A DNA stretch of 64,000 nucleotides from Amoebophrya sp. A120 (taxonomy: Eukaryota; Protista; Dinoflagellata): the NCBI GenBank assembly GCA_905178155.1, contig CAJINV010000012.1, forward strand, positions 62,001 through 126,000, given 5' to 3'. The position numbers were made by a program, and so were the translations under genes. The notes beneath the pieces are model-generated. The model had not been told where the DNA came from, ran no database searches, and worked only from the letters and a program-made list of their open reading frames with translations. Below, in pieces: positions 59,701 to 64,000 of this stretch. Positions within the stretch are counted from its first letter, which is position 1. The number at the start of each line of letters is the position of its first letter.

Positions 59701-62700
59701 TTTCCGAAGGTCTGCGCGTTCCATTTGTGCGACAGCTCTTCCTGGAGTGGCGGAGCGATGGGACGATTGTGGTCTTCGAATTGGGTAGTTTCCTCGTTGG
59801 CGAAAGAGCCGGGTTTGTAGTCCTCTTGCATCTGGTCGCCTTTCTCCTCGTCATTGTTCTCTAAATAAGAAGGTTTTGACGTACTAGATTCTACTCCATC
59901 ATCATGAACATGATCCCCCACGACCTCTCGTGCCCAGCTGTCGTTACTGGACTTCTGCATGTAGAACGCGTTCTTCTTTACCGCTTTTCCGTACAGCAAA
60001 AGATCGCGTCGGTAAATTTCTGGGATCCTCAAGGGCGGGGGCCACAGGTGCGACTCGGCCATGCGAAGCCCGGGGGACTGCTTCAACAGCTCGCACTTGG
60101 GGTAGACCAGTTTTTCGCTGATTTTTTCCATAATTTTCTCGTCTACTACTTGGTGGTGCTCTTGCAGTTGTTCCGCATTCGATCCTATCTCGGTAGAACT
60201 TGCTGTGCCGCCCTGCTGTAGTGGCTCTTTATCCGCCACAAGTTCCCGCTGATAGTAAACGATCTCCCGACTCTGCACCTTATTTCGGGCGATTTCCCCA
60301 CTGCAAACGTCCTCCCCGCACCCGATCCGCTGCAATGGTGCGAGTCTCTCGTAGTAGATCTTCGCTACATTGTCCATGAAATCCCCGATTTTGGACGCCA
60401 GGTGGGCGAATTCCTGTTGGATGCGGAAGAGTTTGGTGCGCAGTTCGAAGATGTTTTGCTTGTAGAACTTCGCTATAACAAACTCGTCGATGTACTCCAA
60501 CTCGTCTTCAATGGATTTCCGCAGCGAGGAGAGTAGTACAGCATTGCTGTCGTCACAGGGCGGGTCATCATGTTGTTCCTCGTGTTCTTGGCCCTTTTGC
60601 TGCTGTTCGCCATTCTGTAGTTCCTGTCCGGCATTGATTCGCAACCTTTGTTGTTGAACAAGAAGAACTTCCTGTACTTGCTTCTCCCGCCCCGCTACCA
60701 CGCTTTTCCTGAACTTCTGCAAATGTTGCCAGTGATGGTTGAAGTAGGTGGTGTGCTCGATTAAAGGGAGAAGGAAGGAATGAAGCGTGATCGGCTGTCG
60801 GTGAAATGACTGCTGCTCGTCCTTGTAATCCGTCCCTTCGTAGTTATTCAAGTTCTCGACACCCCCGAGCACGATCCTCGTCGGCGCCAAATTCTCAATT
60901 TCCCCCGCAACGTCCTCACCGGTCAGCAAGGTTGTGTTGGTAGTCGGCTCGAAAAATGCGTCCGCGCGCCGTAACGCCTGCCGGATCTGCAGCGCCAGGT
61001 CTTCGTGGGTCGAGAGAATTTTCAGGAGTTTGAACATTTCTTTTGGGTGGGTGTAGCGACCGGTCGAAAAATCATGCGTCTTCGCTGGTGGACGTCGACC
61101 AAGAACTTCTTGTGTGCCGCCGCTTGATGTTCTTGCCACCGGCCCAACGACCTTCGCAAATTCTTCGTCCGTCTTTTGCATCTGCTGCTCCAGCGCTGTC
61201 GCGTCGAATGGAAGGTGAGCGTCGTGTAAAGATGCAGCCGTAGCATGATCATCTCCTTCGTTATCAGAATTTCTATCGGTCGCATTCACCACGCCGAGCG
61301 CTTTCCCCAGGTCAATCTTCGAGGCCACCCTTCCGGTCCTGTCCCGCCCGAGCCCGTCCGCGTCTGGTGCAGCGGCTGCATCGTTATCAAGTGTAAAAAT
61401 GTCTGGGTCTGGAAGAATGCGCGATTTGTCATGCTTCTCTGGCATGAGACTTAAACCTGTCATGCAGGTTACCCAAGATCCCCAATTTCCTGTCATGCAA
61501 AGACGCAGTTTGTCATGCAGAATAGGCAACACCTAGAAGCTCAGAAACTTGTCATGCTGAGCCAGCACTTATGGCCTCCTCATGATACGCCACCCAGCAT
61601 CACAAGTTTCCAGACCTAGACATTTTTACATTTGATAATCGTCTTGGAATAGCAAAGCGGCGTACTGAAAAATGTTCATCATTTCTCCGCTTTGCTCAGC
61701 CTTCTCCAGCATCTCCTCTTTCTCCCATATCAAATGCAAAAGTGTCTGGGTCTGCAAGATTGCCAGGTTTGTCATGCACATTTTGCATGACTCCTGATGT
61801 CTGTGATGCATGCCCTAGCATCACAGATTTTGTGAGGGCTTCCTGATGCCTATACCGAATGACAAATGCTCCTTCCGTGTACGCAAAACTTGGACTCTCT
61901 TTGCTGCTCATGCAATACAGATTTTTTTAGAATCCAAAATCAGCATGACAAGTTGGATTCTTCCAGACCCAGACAGTTTTGCAGTTGATATCCCAGGTGT
62001 GAGCCCGGTAGTCGTGAATCAATGTCTGGATGTTCATCCTGTCCAGTTTCGACAGTGATAGAGTCGTGCCGGAAGCTGTTGTACTAGAGGACTCTTTGTT
62101 CGAGCTCGACGTGCCCGCTTGGTCCTCCTCGTTTGTGCTTCTGGAGGACAATACGTCAGGACTTGCATGATCCGTTCCGGTTTGAAGAACTGAGTCTGTG
62201 GTGCCTCCACCTGCGTCAATCCTACTTGTTCCCCCTTTCACCCCCAAAACCCGACGATCTGGGTACAGCAGCTCCACTAATGGCATCAAAATTCTCCGCA
62301 GGATATTCTGGTACGTCTCACACGCGAACCTCGCCACGTCCCACAAATTCGGTTTCGCGGCATGCACCGCTTCATCTACGTTCGACATTTTCTCAATGCC
62401 AAAAATGCTGCCGTCGGTATTCTCCGAGCGGAGGCAGGCCTGGTTCAATTTCAGCCCGATGTTGACTTTCTTGCCTGATGAAGTAGATGATGAGCCAGAT
62501 GATGGGTTTTTTGATGACTCATGATCTCCTTGACTTCCTACTTCTCCTGGTGCTGTTGTCATGTGAGATTCCTGGTCAACATCTTCGTGCTGCTCCACTC
62601 CACCTGCGTCCTCAGATGTAGTTCTGGTTTCTGATGGGAGGAGGTTGTCGATCTGTCCATCAAAAAAGGCGTCGTCATCGCTGTCACCTACAAGAAGTTC

Positions 62701-63501
62701 CGCCATTCCCAGCTTTCCCAAGCAGTAGCTGAGTTCTATCCACTGCAAAAGTGTCTGGGTCTGGAAGAATCCAACTTGTCATGCTGATTTTGGATTCTAA
62801 AAAAATCTGTATTGCATGAGCAGCAAAGAGAGTCCAAGTTTTGCTACACGTCGGAAAGAGCATTTTCCATGCGGTATAGGCATCAGGAAGCCCTCACACA
62901 ATCTGTGATGCTAGGGCATGCATCACAGACATCATGAGTCATCCAAAATGTGCATGACAAACCTGGCAATCTTCCAGAGGACCCAGACACTTTTACATTT
63001 GATAAGTTCCGCGGTTTCGCAATCTATGGTCTTCGTGTACAGGGGTGTGTCCCAGCAGCACCGGTTGAAATTCAGAGGTGAAGATGTCATGCTGGAACCG
63101 CTAGAAGTACTACTGCCCGGATTATCGAAACAAACGTCGTTTGCGTTCGGACCCTCTACACAGCAATTTTCGTAGTTCAAATGGACAGCCCAGGGGTCGG
63201 TGAAGCAGAAAAACTCATCCCGGTAGAAGGTTAACTGGCCGGAAGGCTGGGCGAGGGCGAAGAAGAAGATCATGATGTTGCTGACGGTCAAAATTGTCGC
63301 TGCGAGCAGGGATAGAACCAGCGGAAAGGGACGACAGCGACCCGCGCTTCTCGTGCTGGTCGTCCGGAATAGGATTACTGCCAGATGAGTAGTTGAGGGT
63401 TTGGTGGAGGTTCCGCGTCCGGAACAAAATAAAACCCCATTTCCTCGTGGTCCGCCTCTACTCCGCCTTCGGTGCCGCATGTGTTGCAGTCGCGGCGCCA
63501 T
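56794..63501 (-). CDS. Large membrane-anchored/secreted protein with C-terminal DUF268 (methyltransferase-like) domain, ~1314 aa, 12 exons
   Basis: Exons 63501-63005,62731-61991,61722-61638,61379-59663,59491-59417,59158-59102,58945-58838,58510-58398,58127-58088,57743-57600,57440-57214,56934-56794 are in frame. IAVLGSEQPWME..TTVDY..FDMWFSYSSIEHAGLGRYGDALNPFAD..FFLGP..VYFNAGRDYG is the DUF268 signature; 3' end uncertain. Confidence 0.82.
56940..57213. mobile_element. Introner family E
   Basis: TIRs; DR ccatc/ccacc. Confidence 0.87.
57446..57599. mobile_element. Introner family C
   Basis: TIRs; DR tgtca. Confidence 0.9.
57749..57926. mobile_element. Introner family C (twin, element 1)
   Basis: TIRs; DR gtggt. 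Confidence 0.88.
57933..58087. mobile_element. Introner family C (twin, element 2)
   Basis: TIRs; flanked by gtggtt on both sides. Confidence 0.88.
58133..58397. mobile_element. Introner family D
   Basis: TIRs; DR gaagc. Confidence 0.92.
58516..58837. mobile_element. Introner family A
   Basis: TIRs (5' end TAC on minus); DR aggtc. Confidence 0.9.
58951..59101. mobile_element. Introner family C
   Basis: TIRs; DR ggaga. Confidence 0.9.
59164..59416. mobile_element. Introner family D
   Basis: TIRs; DR ctctc. Confidence 0.92.
59497..59662. mobile_element. Introner family C
   Basis: TIRs (left end cat); DR cgtgt. Confidence 0.88.
61385..61637. mobile_element. Introner family D
   Basis: TIRs; DR atcgt. 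Confidence 0.9.
61728..61990. mobile_element. Introner family D
   Basis: TIRs; DR tccca. Confidence 0.92.
62737..63004. mobile_element. Introner family D, inverted near-copy of 61728-61990
   Basis: TIRs; DR agttc. Confidence 0.92.
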
Positions 63502-64000
63502 GATCTCGGATCCGCCCGGCGTCGCCCTCTCGCGTAGAACTACGTCCTTTGTCAAACAATAAACAAAACCACGGACGCACCAGATAAGTACACGAGGTGG
63601 ATGTCAAGAAGAAAACATCAAGACGGGGGCTTTCACAAAAACCAGGAGTAAACGTCGAAAGCTTTCATCCCGTTCAAGCAAATTTATGAAGCTGCAAAGA
63701 AAACGCAATACAAAACAGGAGAACGCCTACAACGAATAGGAGAAAGATAACATGTGGTCGTGGTAATGCAAGATAAAAACCGTTGTAAACTGATGAGAAG
63801 CTACTAGTACTAGCAGCTTCACCTTCAGCTCATCGAAGACGTAGAACAGAAGGGGTTGCGTATGTCATCTGTGTGACGAGGGGCCCGGGGGACAAATAAA
63901 TCAACGCCGTTGATGCGCAGGTCAGTAGAATGATATTGCAATCTAGCAGTAGTAGATGTTGGGAAATAATTGTGACTAAAGTGCTGATGTGTGAGATAGC

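Noticed and set aside
57446-63004. Regularly recurring repeats with unique spacers suggesting a CRISPR array
   Set aside because: The repeats are inverted termini of 150-320 bp elements, the spacers are exons of a eukaryotic gene, and there are no cas genes.

Overview
Eukaryotic (not prokaryotic) DNA, most consistent with a Syndiniales dinoflagellate of the Amoebophrya type. This is inferred from non-canonical TIR/direct-repeat introns and a fully co-oriented gene block. All ~10 host genes lie on the minus strand: Nu-class/YfcG-like GST, DUF285 repeat protein, secreted EreA/ChaN-like protein, DUF1653 protein, RPS19, SANT+ZNF598/Hel2-like E3 ligase, two secreted unknowns, MORN-repeat protein and DUF268 protein. 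The region carries 51 MITE-like 'introners' from >=8 families, almost all inside coding exons. Each has the form [5-nt DR]-TAT...TIR...ATA-[5-nt DR], and removing an element plus one DR copy restores the reading frame; only 3 canonical GT-AG introns were found. Highlights: (i) a full-length APE+RT non-LTR retrotransposon and a 5'-truncated copy both sit inside introners at a GCATGA motif, one creating a 7.5-kb non-canonical intron; (ii) a GCATNACAAA motif is shared by otherwise unrelated introner families; (iii) the same family occurs in both orientations; (iv) degenerate DRs point to a 4+1 splice register; (v) there is a twin introner with no exon between the two elements. 35-49 kb is a duplicated repeat array with an N gap. 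All gene models were spliced by hand, with no RNA or database evidence.
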